From: Haliotis rubra
Taxonomy: Eukaryota
Length of the DNA stretch: 64,000 bases
Reading direction: 5' to 3'
Assembly (NCBI RefSeq): GCF_003918875.1
Contig: NW_025767013.1
Coordinates: forward strand, 3,348,001-3,412,000
Below the pieces are notes generated by a model. That model saw only the letters and a list, made by a program, of their open reading frames with translations, searched no databases and was not told where the DNA came from. Positions 63,084 through 64,000 of the stretch are shown in pieces (the stretch's first letter is position 1; each line of letters opens with the position of its first letter). The position numbers and the translations under genes were made by a program.

Positions 63084-64000
63084 CTATGAGGTTTGTCACA
63101 AAACTGGCCAATCAGTCACCAAGGGCACAGGTGGCCCACTGTATAGAGGAGCAGCTCATGGGTGTGCCTGAAACCAATCCTGGTTCACCCAGATTATGTA
63201 CAAGTTTGTCAGCACCATGCCCCGTTTGTAGGTTTCACCAAGTGCTTCACTTCCAGCTTTCCTCCAACATTAAGCTGACACGTCTTGTTAAAACTGGAAT
63301 ACTGTTCAGATAAAACTCACTCTCAACATTTCGTTAATATTCAATCCAAAATGCCAACTCCTGAAACAATGACATTTTTTGCAAACATACAACAGGTAAA
63401 AGTTAGATGACTCAAGACTTTATTCAGTTTGCCATCATTCTACATTGTACTCTAACTTTCACATCAGCATATACAAAATGAAGAGCTTATAACTATTTGG
63501 AACAACATCTGTTGGAGGATGATTAATGATGTCCATCGAAAAAAATAGGTTCCAAGTCATTTCTTGTGCATACATACCAGAATACACTTTCAGAACAGTT
63601 CCCAGCTTGAGGATGGCTATGAGGAAGTGTATCATATCACACTTAAAGAGATACTTGTTTATAACACCAATGTCTAGATCATCCTGCTGAACTGATAGGG
63701 TCAATATCACTTATGTCTCATGCTTGTGTGCAAATCTTTGTTCTGCTTTAACAATAAATATCCCCAAAATATTCATGATCCATAACTTTTTTTGTTAAGT
63801 ATGGAAATAACGTATTTGGTGGATATATTGTCACATCTTTTGTCTTCATTTGTTGTTATTGAAGATAGCTGACACAGTGAGATATGGAGCATAAAATACC
63901 ACTGTTTGGAATTCCTCTACTTTTGTTGCATTCTTGGCACCTTAACCTCACTTTGTAACCTGACATCAACACTGACGGCAACTGGAGATTGTCATCCTCT

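Overview
Eukaryotic, intron-rich, SINE-dense genomic DNA, most likely a gastropod mollusc (abalone, Haliotis-like). This is inferred from two VERL/VEZP-type egg-coat ZP genes and mollusc-type SINEs. I reconstructed five protein genes by eye from splice sites and reading frames: (1, 2) a head-to-head pair of vitelline-envelope ZP-domain paralogues (minus strand 6675->1011 with the 3' end uncertain; plus strand 9844-17230, 374 aa, with furin site and TM helix); (3) TPGS2 (minus, 9 exons, 41849->20034), which carries a 1-nt frameshift in exon 6; (4) a divergent, nearly intronless KIN17-like gene lacking the zinc finger (minus, 46010->44955), head-to-head with (5) FBXO33 (plus, 4 exons, 46430-52513). 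Mobile DNA includes two decayed Tc1 transposons, several MITEs with target-site duplications (TSDs), about 30 SINE copies of at least four types, and a 6.25-kb DIRS-type tyrosine-recombinase retrotransposon in TPGS2 intron 5. That element has identical ITRs, an intact ICR, decayed coding sequence and an internal array of ~19 x ~95-bp double-hairpin repeats. A 54-bp minisatellite has amplified the TPGS2 exon-8 splice donor ~16 times. Family assignments come from remembered motifs, not database searches, and repeat coordinates are approximate to a few bases.
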